A DNA stretch of 64,000 nucleotides from an uncultured Gemmatimonadales bacterium (GTDB lineage Bacteria > Gemmatimonadota > Gemmatimonadetes > Gemmatimonadales > GWC2-71-9). The notes under the pieces were generated by a model. The model worked only from the letters and a program-made list of their open reading frames with translations. It had not been told where the DNA came from and ran no database searches. The position numbers were made by a program, and so were the translations under genes. This document shows positions 45,810 through 54,436 of the stretch, in pieces (within the stretch, counting starts at the first letter, position 1; each line of letters begins with the position of its first letter). The stretch spans positions 519,175-583,174 of the forward strand of contig CAWJCZ010000008.1 of the NCBI GenBank assembly GCA_963841505.1, in the 5' to 3' direction.

Positions 45810-47102
45810 TCAGCGGGACTGCCGCCGCCGAGCGACCAGCAGAACCTGGATCTCATCGGGGCGGGCATTGACGAAGTCGACTCGCACGCGGCCGTCGGGA
45901 AGAATCGACACGGTGCCGGGGATACTGCTGTGGGTGAGGTACCATCCGGCTGGAAGCACCACGGCGTTGGTGGGGCGACCGAACCCGCGATCCCAGATCA
46001 GCTCGTCGCCCTCGACGCGGTAACGGACCGAGTCGGTGTAGGTCTCCGCGATCCGGAGCCGGGTGCTCTGTCCCCGCTTCACGGCGGGGAACCGGATCAC
46101 CACCACCTCGGTCTCGGGTTTGACCGGCTCACCGATGTCGAGTTTGGCCGCCGAGATCGCATCGCCTTTGAGCGTCTCGACGGTTAGCGGCTCGCCGGTA
46201 TCCAGGATGAGGGCAGAAGGATTGCTGGCGGTGCTCCCCGCCCGTACCACATTGAGATACTTGTCCACGCCCTCACGGGTCTCGGTGTAGTCGTGATAGA
46301 GATCGAAGGTGTGGGTTTCCGGCTGGCGCAGGAAATACACGATGTCCCGGGTCTGGGTGGCCCGCTCGGAGAGCCGGTTGCGGAGCGTCGCTGACGTAGC
46401 AGCCGGGGCGGTGGCGGCCGCCGCCGATGGCCGCGCCCGGATCAGGAGCGACGCGGCGTCGGGGCCGGCGTTGATAAAGCTGATCATGACCCGCCCATCC
46501 GGCTCCCGGAGAACCTGGGATGGAACGTTGACGCTGGCCAGCTCATAACCCGCAGGCAGGACCACCCCGTTCCGCTTGATGCCCAGCGAACGGCGGAAGA
46601 CCAGCTCGTCGCCCTCCTGGAAATAGCTGGCCGGATCGGTGTAGGTCTTGTCGATCAGGATCCGCTGCACCCCGTCCTTCGGCACCGGGTGGGCCAGCTC
46701 GACCCGGATGTAATGACTCCCGGTGTCTGCCCGGGCCAGCCCGCTGGCCTGGGCAGTCCGCCCGTCGATCTCCTCGAAGTGAAGCGGGGCGCCGCTGGCC
46801 TGGTCGCGCACCGATTCGTCGCTCGCGATGCTGCCCTTCCGGATCGGATTGAAGAAGTAGCGCGCGCCCGGCGTGGTGGCCCAGACCTCGTAGAGGATCC
46901 GGAACTTGCCGCTGCCCGGAGCCAGCAGCTCGTACCGGGTGTATTCGCCGGCCGGAGCTTCTGGGCCTGGAGCGGCGGGCCGGCAGAATACGCCGTCAGG
47001 AGGGAGGAGCGGGAGCGTGAAACGATGCATGGGGGTGACGCAGTGAGATGGGGAGAAGATGCGGCGGACGTCGTCCCCCGCCGCTAGCCCCAGTCCACGC
47101 AT
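45810..47102 (-). CDS. Hypothetical protein with internal two-fold duplication
   Basis: 430-aa ORF (an alternative start is ATG 47030, MHRFTLPLL). The halves share GDELVFRRSLGIKRNGVVLPAGYELASVNVPSQVLREPDGRVMISFINAGPD and GDELIWDRGFGRPTNAVVLPAGWYLTHSSIPGTVSILPDGRVRVDFVNARPD. Confidence 0.6.
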   Translation of the reverse strand: MRGLGLAAGDDVRRIFSPSHCVTPMHRFTLPLLPPDGVFCRPAAPGPEAPAGEYTRYELLAPGSGKFRILYEVWATTPGARYFFNPIRKGSIASDESVRDQASGAPLHFEEIDGRTAQASGLARADTGSHYIRVELAHPVPKDGVQRILIDKTYTDPASYFQEGDELVFRRSLGIKRNGVVLPAGYELASVNVPSQVLREPDGRVMISFINAGPDAASLLIRARPSAAAATAPAATSATLRNRLSERATQTRDIVYFLRQPETHTFDLYHDYTETREGVDKYLNVVRAGSTASNPSALILDTGEPLTVETLKGDAISAAKLDIGEPVKPETEVVVIRFPAVKRGQSTRLRIAETYTDSVRYRVEGDELIWDRGFGRPTNAVVLPAGWYLTHSSIPGTVSILPDGRVRVDFVNARPDEIQVLLVARRRQSR

Positions 47103-47150
47103 GGGCCGCCCCTGTTATCCGGCCACCCCGAGATCCTGTTTCCTATATTC

Positions 47151-47882
47151 ATGTTCCCCTACAAAGACGACAACCCGACTCTCACCACCCCGGTCGTCAC
47201 CTACGGCCTCATCGCAGTGAACGTGGCGGTCTGGCTGCTGATCCAGGGAATGGGTCAGAGCCCGGTCCTCGAGGCCTCGGTCTGTCAGTACGGCGTCATC
47301 CCGGGCCGCTTGTTCGGCCACCTCATGCCCGGGATGGTGGTGAGCCTGGGGCCGGACGTGGCCTGCCGGATCGGCGACTTCCCGGCCTGGGCCACGGTGC
47401 TGAGTTCGATGTTCATGCATGGCGGCTGGCTGCATCTGATCGGGAACATGTGGTTCCTCTGGATTTTCGGGAACAACGTGGAGGACTCGAGTGGACGGCT
47501 CCGGTTCCTGCTGTTCTATCTGCTCTGCGGCGCGGTCGCCGCGGGAACCCAGAGCGTCGCCACCCCCGAGAGCCCGGTGCCGATGGTGGGGGCCTCGGGA
47601 GCGATCAGCGGGGTGATGGGAGCCTACATCCTGCTGTACCCCCGGGTCCGGGTCCACATGCTCATCTTCCTGGGCTTCTTCATAACCCGCATTGCCGTCC
47701 CCGCCTACTTCATGCTGGGCTACTGGTTCCTGCTTCAGCTCGCCAGCGGGTTTCTTCCCTCGGAGGAAGGGGGTGTGGCGTTCCTGGCCCATGCTGGCGG
47801 GTTCGTGTCCGGGATGGCGCTGATCTTCCTGTTCCGGAACCCCGAGCTGATCGCGCGGCGCCACGCCTACCGGCTGCCCTGA
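47151..47882 (+). CDS. Rhomboid-family intramembrane serine protease
   Basis: 243-aa ORF with six TM helices. Motifs are FMHGGWLHLIGNMWFLWIFG (HxxxN) and the catalytic GASGAISGV. Confidence 0.9.
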   Translation: MFPYKDDNPTLTTPVVTYGLIAVNVAVWLLIQGMGQSPVLEASVCQYGVIPGRLFGHLMPGMVVSLGPDVACRIGDFPAWATVLSSMFMHGGWLHLIGNMWFLWIFGNNVEDSSGRLRFLLFYLLCGAVAAGTQSVATPESPVPMVGASGAISGVMGAYILLYPRVRVHMLIFLGFFITRIAVPAYFMLGYWFLLQLASGFLPSEEGGVAFLAHAGGFVSGMALIFLFRNPELIARRHAYRLP

Positions 47883-47930
47883 CCCCGGTCCGGTGGCCCC
47901 TTCGGCGGCTTCCCCGTAACTTTCCGGTTC

Positions 47931-48965
47931 ATGGCCACGCCAACCCGAACCTCCCGCTACGGGACCCCATCGTCCCCCGGGAGCCGTGCCTCCGCGCCGG
48001 TTCCAGGACCGGCCGATCTCGCGCGCAATCCCGGCATGCCGCTCGACCTGGGCTGGATTCGGGAGATCCGGATCAACCGGAGCGCGGTGGAGCGGCGCGC
48101 CGCGACCATTCCCACCCGCCGCTCGATCAAGAAGGAGTGGCAGGCCGGCTGGCTGCTCCGGGCCATCACGCTGATGGATCTCACCACCCTCCAGGGGGAC
48201 GACACGCCCGGGCGGGTGCTTCGATTGTGCGCCAAGGCCCGGCAGCCGGTGCGGCGCGACCTGCTCGAGGCCCTGGACCTCGGGGGACTCGATCTCACGG
48301 TCGCGGCGGTGTGCGTCTATCACGCCTTTGTCGAGACCGCGGTTCGGGCGCTCGAAGGGAGCGACATTCCGGTCGCCGCGGTCTCCACCGGCTTTCCCGC
48401 CGGGCTCTCTCCGATGCCGCAGCGGCTCGCCGAGATCGAAGCGTCGTTGGCGGCCGGTGCCCGGGAGATCGACATCGTCATAACCCGCGCCCACGTGCTG
48501 ACCTCCAACTGGGGCGCGCTCTACGACGAGGTGAAGGCGTTCCGCGCCGCCTGCGGCCCGGCCCACCTCAAGGCCATCCTCGGCACCGGCGACCTCGGCA
48601 CCCTGCGCGAGGTGGCCAGGGCCAGCATGGTGGCCATGATGGCGGGGGCCGACTTCATCAAGACCTCGACCGGCAAGGAATCGGTGAACGCTACGGTCCC
48701 GGTGGGGCTCGTCATGGCCCGCCAGATCCGGGAGTATCGCGAACGCACCGGACACACCGTTGGGCTCAAGCCCGCGGGCGGCATCCGGACCGCCAAGCAG
48801 GCGCTGGACTGGCTCGCCATGATCAAGGACGAGCTGGGAGACCGCTGGCTCGCTCCCGACCTGTTCCGCTTCGGAGCGAGCAGTCTGCTGACCGACATCG
48901 AGCGGCAGCTCGAGCATCACGCCACCGGCCGCTACAGCGCGACCCACCGGCATCCCCTGACATGA
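47931..48965 (+). CDS. deoC: Deoxyribose-phosphate aldolase (long form)
   Basis: 344-aa ORF. Blocks are IDLTTL-type LMDLTTLQGDDT, AAVCVY, EIDIVI and ADFIKTSTGK (Schiff-base Lys). An ATGA overlap joins it to the downstream aldehyde dehydrogenase. The start could be the later ATG 48036. Confidence 0.85.
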   Translation: MATPTRTSRYGTPSSPGSRASAPVPGPADLARNPGMPLDLGWIREIRINRSAVERRAATIPTRRSIKKEWQAGWLLRAITLMDLTTLQGDDTPGRVLRLCAKARQPVRRDLLEALDLGGLDLTVAAVCVYHAFVETAVRALEGSDIPVAAVSTGFPAGLSPMPQRLAEIEASLAAGAREIDIVITRAHVLTSNWGALYDEVKAFRAACGPAHLKAILGTGDLGTLREVARASMVAMMAGADFIKTSTGKESVNATVPVGLVMARQIREYRERTGHTVGLKPAGGIRTAKQALDWLAMIKDELGDRWLAPDLFRFGASSLLTDIERQLEHHATGRYSATHRHPLT

Positions 48966-51403
48966 CCTCGGTCCGCGAAGCCTACGAATCCATGGCGTGG
49001 GGACCGGCGCCCGAGTCGCCCGCGCAGGCGCAGGCGTGGATCGAGCAGCACGGGCGCACGTTCGGGAATTACCTGAACGGCGCCTGGGTGCCCGGGACTT
49101 CCCACTTCGGGGTGATCAACCCCGCCACCAGGGAAGAGCTCGCGCGGGTGGCGGAGGCCGGCAAGGCCGAGGTGGATGCCGCGGTGGCCGCGGCGCGCGC
49201 GGCCCAGAAAGCCTGGTCGGCCCTGGGCGGACACGGACGGGCCCGGTGGCTCTACGCCCTCGCCCGGGAAGTGCAGCGCAACGCGCGGCTCTTCGCGGTG
49301 GTCGAGTCACTCGACAATGGAAAGCCGATCCGGGAATCCCGCGACATCGACATCCCGCTGGTGGCCCGCCACTTCTATTACCATGCCGGGTGGGCCCAGC
49401 TCATGGAGACCGAGCTCGCGGGTTATGAGCCGGTGGGGGTCGTCGGCCAGATCATTCCATGGAATTTCCCCCTGCTCATGCTGGCCTGGAAGATCGCCCC
49501 GGCCCTCGCGACCGGAAACACGGTGGTCCTCAAGCCCGCCGAGTTTACTCCGCTCACCGCGCTGCTCTTTGCCGACTGCTGCCATACCATCGGTCTGCCG
49601 CCCGGGGTGGTGAACATCCTCACCGGCGACGGCACCACCGGTGCCCTGCTGGTCGATCATCCCGGGCTGGACAAGATCGCGTTCACCGGGTCCACCGACG
49701 TGGGCCGGATCATCCGGACCGCGACGGCCGGGAGCGGCAAACGACTGTCGCTCGAGCTGGGCGGCAAGTCGCCCTTCATCGTGTTCGAGGATGCCGATCT
49801 CGACAGCGTGGTCGAGGGCGTGGTGGACGCGATCTGGTTCAACCAGGGCCAGGTCTGCTGCGCCGGCTCCCGGATCCTCGCGCAGGAAGGCATCGCCACC
49901 CGGCTGGTCGAAAAGCTCCGGAATCGCATGGAGACGCTCCGGGTCGGGTCTCCGCTCGACAAATCGGTGGACATCGGGGCGATCGTCGCCCCGGTCCAGC
50001 TCGAGCGGATTGAATCCCTCGTCAAGCAGGGCGTCGAAGAAGGCGCCACCTGCTGGCAGCCCAGCTGGAGCTGCCCCACTGAGGGGCTGTTCTATCCTCC
50101 GACGCTGTTCACCGATGTGGCGCCCGCCGCGACGATCGCGCAGGTCGAGATCTTCGGACCGGTCGTGGTGCTGATGACGTTCCGGACCCCGGGCGAAGCG
50201 GTCGAGATCGCCAACAACACGCGCTATGGCCTCGCGGCCAGCGTGTGGAGCGAGAACCTCAACACCGCGCTCGATGTTGCCCCCGAGCTCAAGGCCGGGA
50301 CCGTGTGGGTCAACTGTACCAACATGTTCGATGCGGCAAGTGGATTCGGCGGATACCGGGAATCCGGGTACGGGCGGGAGGGCGGGCTCGAGGGACTGTG
50401 GGAGTACGTGCGGATGGGAAGATTGGAGGATAGGAAGATGGGAAGAGAGGACGCCCCGCCATCTGCCCATCCTCCTATCCTCCCATCCTCCCGTCCTCCT
50501 ATCCTCCCATCCTCCCATCCTCCTATCCTCCCATCCTCCCATCCTCCCATCCTCCCTCCCATCGACCGCACCCCCAAGCTCTACATCGGCGGGAAGCAGG
50601 TCCGTCCCGATGCGACCTACACCATCCCGATTCACGACAGCGCGGGGAAACTGCTCGCTGAAATACCTCGCGGGAACCGCAAGGATGTCCGGAACGCGGT
50701 GGAAGCCGCGCGTCAGGCGGCATCCTCATGGGGCAAGGCCACCGCGCACACCCGTGCTCAGGTTCTCTACTATTTCGCCGAGAACCTGGCCGTCCGGGAA
50801 AAGGAATTCACCGATCGGCTGGCGTCTTTGGCGGCGCACTCCCCCTTCGCGCCGGCGGCTGAAGTCGCCGGGTCGATCCAGCGCGCCTTCTACTATGCCG
50901 CGTGGGCCGACAAATACGACGGGCGGGTCCACCACACCCCGTTTCGCAATGTGACGCTTGCGATGAACGAGCCGATCGGGGTGCTGGGCCTGGTCGCCCC
51001 GGAGGAGTCGGGACTGCTTGGCTTCCTTTCTCTCGTGCTCCCCGCTATCGCCATGGGCAATACCGTGGTGACGATTCCTTCGAGTCGAGTGCCGGTGCTG
51101 GCCACGGATCTGTACCAGGTATTCGACACCTCGGACGTGCCCGGCGGCGTGATCAACATCGTGACGGGAGCTCGCCAGGAGCTTGTCCCGGTGCTCGCCG
51201 CGCACGACGATGTCGATGGCATCTGGCTGTTCGGATCCCGCGAGGAAGTCACCGAGGTCGAGAAGCTCTCCGCCGGCAACATGAAGCGGACCTGGGCGGA
51301 ATGGGAATCACGCGACTGGTCCGACCCTCACGAGGGGCAGGGCGGGGAATTCCTTCGCGAGGCGACCCAGGTCAAGAACATCTGGGTCCCCTACGGCGCC
51401 TAG
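48962..51403 (+). CDS. Two-domain aldehyde dehydrogenase: a complete ALDH (catalytic Cys) fused through a repeat-encoded Pro-rich linker to an ALDH-like N-terminal/NAD-domain module
   Basis: This is the in-frame part of track ORF 47048..51403, starting MTSVREAYES. Domain 1 has IIPWNFPLLM, ELGGKSP and NQGQVCCAGSR. The linker is ...HPPILPSSRPPILPSSHPPILPSSHPPILPP. Domain 2 (IDRTPKLYIGGKQVRPD...) is ALDH-like but I see no catalytic Cys block. Confidence 0.8.
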   Translation: MTSVREAYESMAWGPAPESPAQAQAWIEQHGRTFGNYLNGAWVPGTSHFGVINPATREELARVAEAGKAEVDAAVAAARAAQKAWSALGGHGRARWLYALAREVQRNARLFAVVESLDNGKPIRESRDIDIPLVARHFYYHAGWAQLMETELAGYEPVGVVGQIIPWNFPLLMLAWKIAPALATGNTVVLKPAEFTPLTALLFADCCHTIGLPPGVVNILTGDGTTGALLVDHPGLDKIAFTGSTDVGRIIRTATAGSGKRLSLELGGKSPFIVFEDADLDSVVEGVVDAIWFNQGQVCCAGSRILAQEGIATRLVEKLRNRMETLRVGSPLDKSVDIGAIVAPVQLERIESLVKQGVEEGATCWQPSWSCPTEGLFYPPTLFTDVAPAATIAQVEIFGPVVVLMTFRTPGEAVEIANNTRYGLAASVWSENLNTALDVAPELKAGTVWVNCTNMFDAASGFGGYRESGYGREGGLEGLWEYVRMGRLEDRKMGREDAPPSAHPPILPSSRPPILPSSHPPILPSSHPPILPPIDRTPKLYIGGKQVRPDATYTIPIHDSAGKLLAEIPRGNRKDVRNAVEAARQAASSWGKATAHTRAQVLYYFAENLAVREKEFTDRLASLAAHSPFAPAAEVAGSIQRAFYYAAWADKYDGRVHHTPFRNVTLAMNEPIGVLGLVAPEESGLLGFLSLVLPAIAMGNTVVTIPSSRVPVLATDLYQVFDTSDVPGGVINIVTGARQELVPVLAAHDDVDGIWLFGSREEVTEVEKLSAGNMKRTWAEWESRDWSDPHEGQGGEFLREATQVKNIWVPYGA
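50412..50555. repeat. Inverted octamer arrays: 5 G-rich units (GGATGGGA AGATTGGA GGATAGGA AGATGGGA AGAGAGGA, 50412-50451), a 16-nt spacer, then 11 C-rich units (YRTCCTCC, 50468-50555)
   Basis: Read directly. The two arms are largely complementary (a 22-nt stretch pairs 20/22). The array lies inside the ALDH reading frame. Confidence 0.9.
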
Positions 51404-51407
51404 CGTC

Positions 51408-51821
51408 CTACTTCGCTTCTTCGACGATCCTGCCCAGGATTTCCTTCGCGAAATCCTTGTCCCACGTCACCGCGCTTTTCTTGACCGTCACTTCGACCTT
51501 GGTGCCTGCGCCTTCGGTCTTGAGATCCACCGACACGTCGCGATCGGACGTCTTGCCTTCCAGCGTCCGGCTTTCCACCGCGCCCTCGTGCTGGGTGCTG
51601 GTCTTGGATTCGGTGATTCCCAGGGCCTGGAAGGTCTGTCGCGTCGCGTCAAAGGTCTTGTCCACCGACGCTGAAACCAGCGATTCCGCCCCGTTGGAGG
51701 TGAGATAGATCGCGCCGCCGGCGCCGGCTCCCGCGGCAAACAGGAAGCACCCGCTGGTGGCCATCGCGCCCACCGCGAGTGCCACGCCTGCCAGCCGGAT
51801 CTTTCCCCGCACGTTTCCCAT
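51408..51821 (-). CDS. DUF3568-like small lipoprotein
   Basis: 137-aa ORF with lipobox AMATSGC. The mature part is similar to my memory of DUF3568 (…SLVSASVDKTFDATRQTFQALGI…VTVKK). Confidence 0.6.
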   Translation of the reverse strand: MGNVRGKIRLAGVALAVGAMATSGCFLFAAGAGAGGAIYLTSNGAESLVSASVDKTFDATRQTFQALGITESKTSTQHEGAVESRTLEGKTSDRDVSVDLKTEGAGTKVEVTVKKSAVTWDKDFAKEILGRIVEEAK

Positions 51822-51890
51822 GATCGCCCCTTGGTCCAGGTCTACTAGCCTGACGCCGCTCCGGCGACGGCTGACACACGCTGGTCGGGG

Positions 51891-53519
51891 TTATCGCTCC
51901 AGGGGTTTCTGGGACGGGGCGTAGGTGGGAGGCCGGCGGGCCTTGGTCAGCTGTTCGAATGCGTAGGCGAGTCGGAGCAGCTTGCCTTCGCTCCAGGCCG
52001 TTCCCATGAACAGCATCCCGACCGGAAGGCTCGAGACGTCGCCCGCGGGAACGGTGATGCAGGGATACCCGGCCGCAGCGGAGGTCACGAAGCTGCCGAG
52101 CGGGGCATTGTCCCCGAGCATGGGATCGATCAGGCTGCCGGGCGGCTGGGTCGGGGCGACGATCGCATCGAGCTTGAACGCGTTGAGGGTCGCGTCGATT
52201 CCCTGGGCCCGGGCCAGCTGCCGTACCATGGCAAGCGACCGCTGGTACTCGGGACTGGTGAGCGGCCCCTTGGTCACCGCGTACTCGAACACCTCCTGCC
52301 CAAAGTACTTGAGCTCCCGGTCGGCATTCTGCTCGTTGAACGCGATCAGCTCGCCGAGCGAATGCACCGGCTGGCTCTTGTCCAGCCGGGTGAGGAAGCG
52401 ATCCATCGCGGCCTTGATCTCGAAGGTCAGGACTTCGGCGTCGAAGGTCCACACCGCGGCGGCGGTGTCGATGTCGGCGGGATCGACCAGAATGGCGCCA
52501 GCGGCCGCCATCGTCTTGAGGGCCCGCTCGGCGATCCGGTCGGCTGCCAGGTTGGCGCCGAAGAGATTCCGGGCCACTCCAATCCGCGCGCCCTTGAGCC
52601 CGCCCGGGTCGAGGAACTTCGTATAGTCCTTCTCGACGTGGCCGGCGCTCTCCGCGGTCGCGGGGTCGGCGCGGTCGGGACCGACAATCGCGGAGAGCAG
52701 CAGTGCTACGCCTCGGACCGATCGCGCGATCGGCCCGGGCGACTCCTGGGTAATGGAAGCCTGGATCGAACCGGCCCGGCTGATGAGGCCGACCGTCGGC
52801 TTCATCCCCACCACACCGCAGATCGAAGCGGGGCTCACGATCGAACCCATCGTTTCGGCTCCGACCGAAGCGGAGGCAAGGCTCGCGGCAACCGCCGCGG
52901 CCGATCCCGCGCTCGATCCGCCCGGCGTCCGGTCCAGCTCGTATGGGTTTCGGGTAAAGCCGCCCCGCGCGCTCCATCCGGCAATGGCGTTCTTGCCGCG
53001 TCCGTTGCTCCACTCGCTCATGTTGGTCTTGCCGAGGATCACGCAGCCAGCTTCCCGGAGCTTCCGGACGACCGCGGCGTCCTCGGGCGCGATGTAGTTC
53101 GCGAGCGCGTACGACCCCGCGCTGGTATGCATGGTATCCGCGGTACCGAAGGTGTCCTTCACCAGGATGGGGATGCCGTGCAGCCTGCTGCGAGGCCCCG
53201 TGGTTCCTCGCTCGGCGTCCAGCGCCTCGGCGATCGCGAGCGCTTCCTGGTTGATCTCGAGGACCGAGCCAAGACCCGGTCCCCGGCGGTCGACGGTCTC
53301 GATCCGATCGAGATACGCTGCCACGAGGGCGCGGGAAGTCCAGCGCCCATTCTGGAGGCCGTCGGCGGCGTCTGCGAGGCTCAGCTCCTCGACACTGGGT
53401 GTGTCGAACCGGAGTGCGAAGTGAGGTCCCAGCGCAATCAGACCGGCGGCCGTGGTGGTGCGGCTCAGAAACTCCCGGCGATTGATGCTGGAGGAGGGCC
53501 CAGTCCGGTGACGGGACAT
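51891..53519 (-). CDS. Amidase (amidase-signature family), Tat-exported
   Basis: 542-aa ORF with twin-arginine signal SINRREFLSRTTTAAGL. The AS signature is GGSSAGSAAAVAASLA, with GTDTGGS-like AETMGSIVSPAS. Confidence 0.88.
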   Translation of the reverse strand: MSRHRTGPSSSINRREFLSRTTTAAGLIALGPHFALRFDTPSVEELSLADAADGLQNGRWTSRALVAAYLDRIETVDRRGPGLGSVLEINQEALAIAEALDAERGTTGPRSRLHGIPILVKDTFGTADTMHTSAGSYALANYIAPEDAAVVRKLREAGCVILGKTNMSEWSNGRGKNAIAGWSARGGFTRNPYELDRTPGGSSAGSAAAVAASLASASVGAETMGSIVSPASICGVVGMKPTVGLISRAGSIQASITQESPGPIARSVRGVALLLSAIVGPDRADPATAESAGHVEKDYTKFLDPGGLKGARIGVARNLFGANLAADRIAERALKTMAAAGAILVDPADIDTAAAVWTFDAEVLTFEIKAAMDRFLTRLDKSQPVHSLGELIAFNEQNADRELKYFGQEVFEYAVTKGPLTSPEYQRSLAMVRQLARAQGIDATLNAFKLDAIVAPTQPPGSLIDPMLGDNAPLGSFVTSAAAGYPCITVPAGDVSSLPVGMLFMGTAWSEGKLLRLAYAFEQLTKARRPPTYAPSQKPLER

Positions 53520-53554
53520 ACGATCTATACGAGAAGGTCGGGAATTCGGTTGAT

Positions 53555-54436
53555 TCAGTCTGCCCGTTCGAGCAGGGCAACGCCCGAGAATCGGGCGAAC
53601 TCTTCCCGTTTTTTTCTGGGCATAAGACGACTGATCGCCCGCCAGAATTTTGCCATGGGCATGGTCCGGCGGAGCCGGATCGATTCATCGAACATCGAGC
53701 GGTATTCCATCTCCCGCCACCCCATCGGCGCGAAGAACCCGGTGTTCTCGGCCGGCCCGAACTTGAAGGGCGCATTCCCCGCCGCGACTGACGGCGCCCA
53801 GGTTTTCTCCAGGCGCTTGAGCAGGGCGGGGCTGGCCAGGTCAATGATCCAGAACCGAAACGGCGACTGGGCGGCCAGGTCACGAGCCAGCCCGGCGACC
53901 GCATCAGGATCCAGGTAGATCAGCAGGCCTTCGCTGATCACCAGGGCCCGCCGCATTCGCTGACCCAGATCGCGGAAGAGCTGGTCCCGCTCCGCGATCC
54001 GGCTCAAGTCCAGGCGAACCGCTTCATAGCGACAGTGGGGGTGCTCTCCCTGGAGCGTCGCTTCCTTGCGATCCAGCATGGGTGGCATGTCCACGTCGAC
54101 CCAGAGCAGATCCTTGGGAAGCGCCAGCCTCCAGGGTCGGGCATCGAGACCCGCGGCGAGGTTGATCACGCCATCGAGACGCTCCCGGGCCAGCGCTCCC
54201 AGCAACAGCTCGTCGATGATGGCGGTGCGCACGATCATCGGCCAGGCGAGCTGCCGTCCCTTCGGCATCGCGTTGACGATCGCTTCGCCCTGCTCTCCGG
54301 CCAGTGCCTTGGCGAATGGGTCCCGGAAAATCGCATCGGATCGCTCGGTTTCCATCGCGCGATAGTAGGCCACCCATCGCGCGGTATCGGTGACGTCGCG
54401 GATCAGGCGCTGGTCGCCCTTCACCGGCTCACTCAT
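53555..54436 (-). CDS. SAM-dependent O-methyltransferase, leucine carboxyl methyltransferase (LCM/TIGR00027-like) family
   Basis: 293-aa ORF with blocks TARWVAYYRAMETERSDAIFRDPFA and VINLAAGLDARPWRL. Confidence 0.75.
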   Translation of the reverse strand: MSEPVKGDQRLIRDVTDTARWVAYYRAMETERSDAIFRDPFAKALAGEQGEAIVNAMPKGRQLAWPMIVRTAIIDELLLGALARERLDGVINLAAGLDARPWRLALPKDLLWVDVDMPPMLDRKEATLQGEHPHCRYEAVRLDLSRIAERDQLFRDLGQRMRRALVISEGLLIYLDPDAVAGLARDLAAQSPFRFWIIDLASPALLKRLEKTWAPSVAAGNAPFKFGPAENTGFFAPMGWREMEYRSMFDESIRLRRTMPMAKFWRAISRLMPRKKREEFARFSGVALLERAD

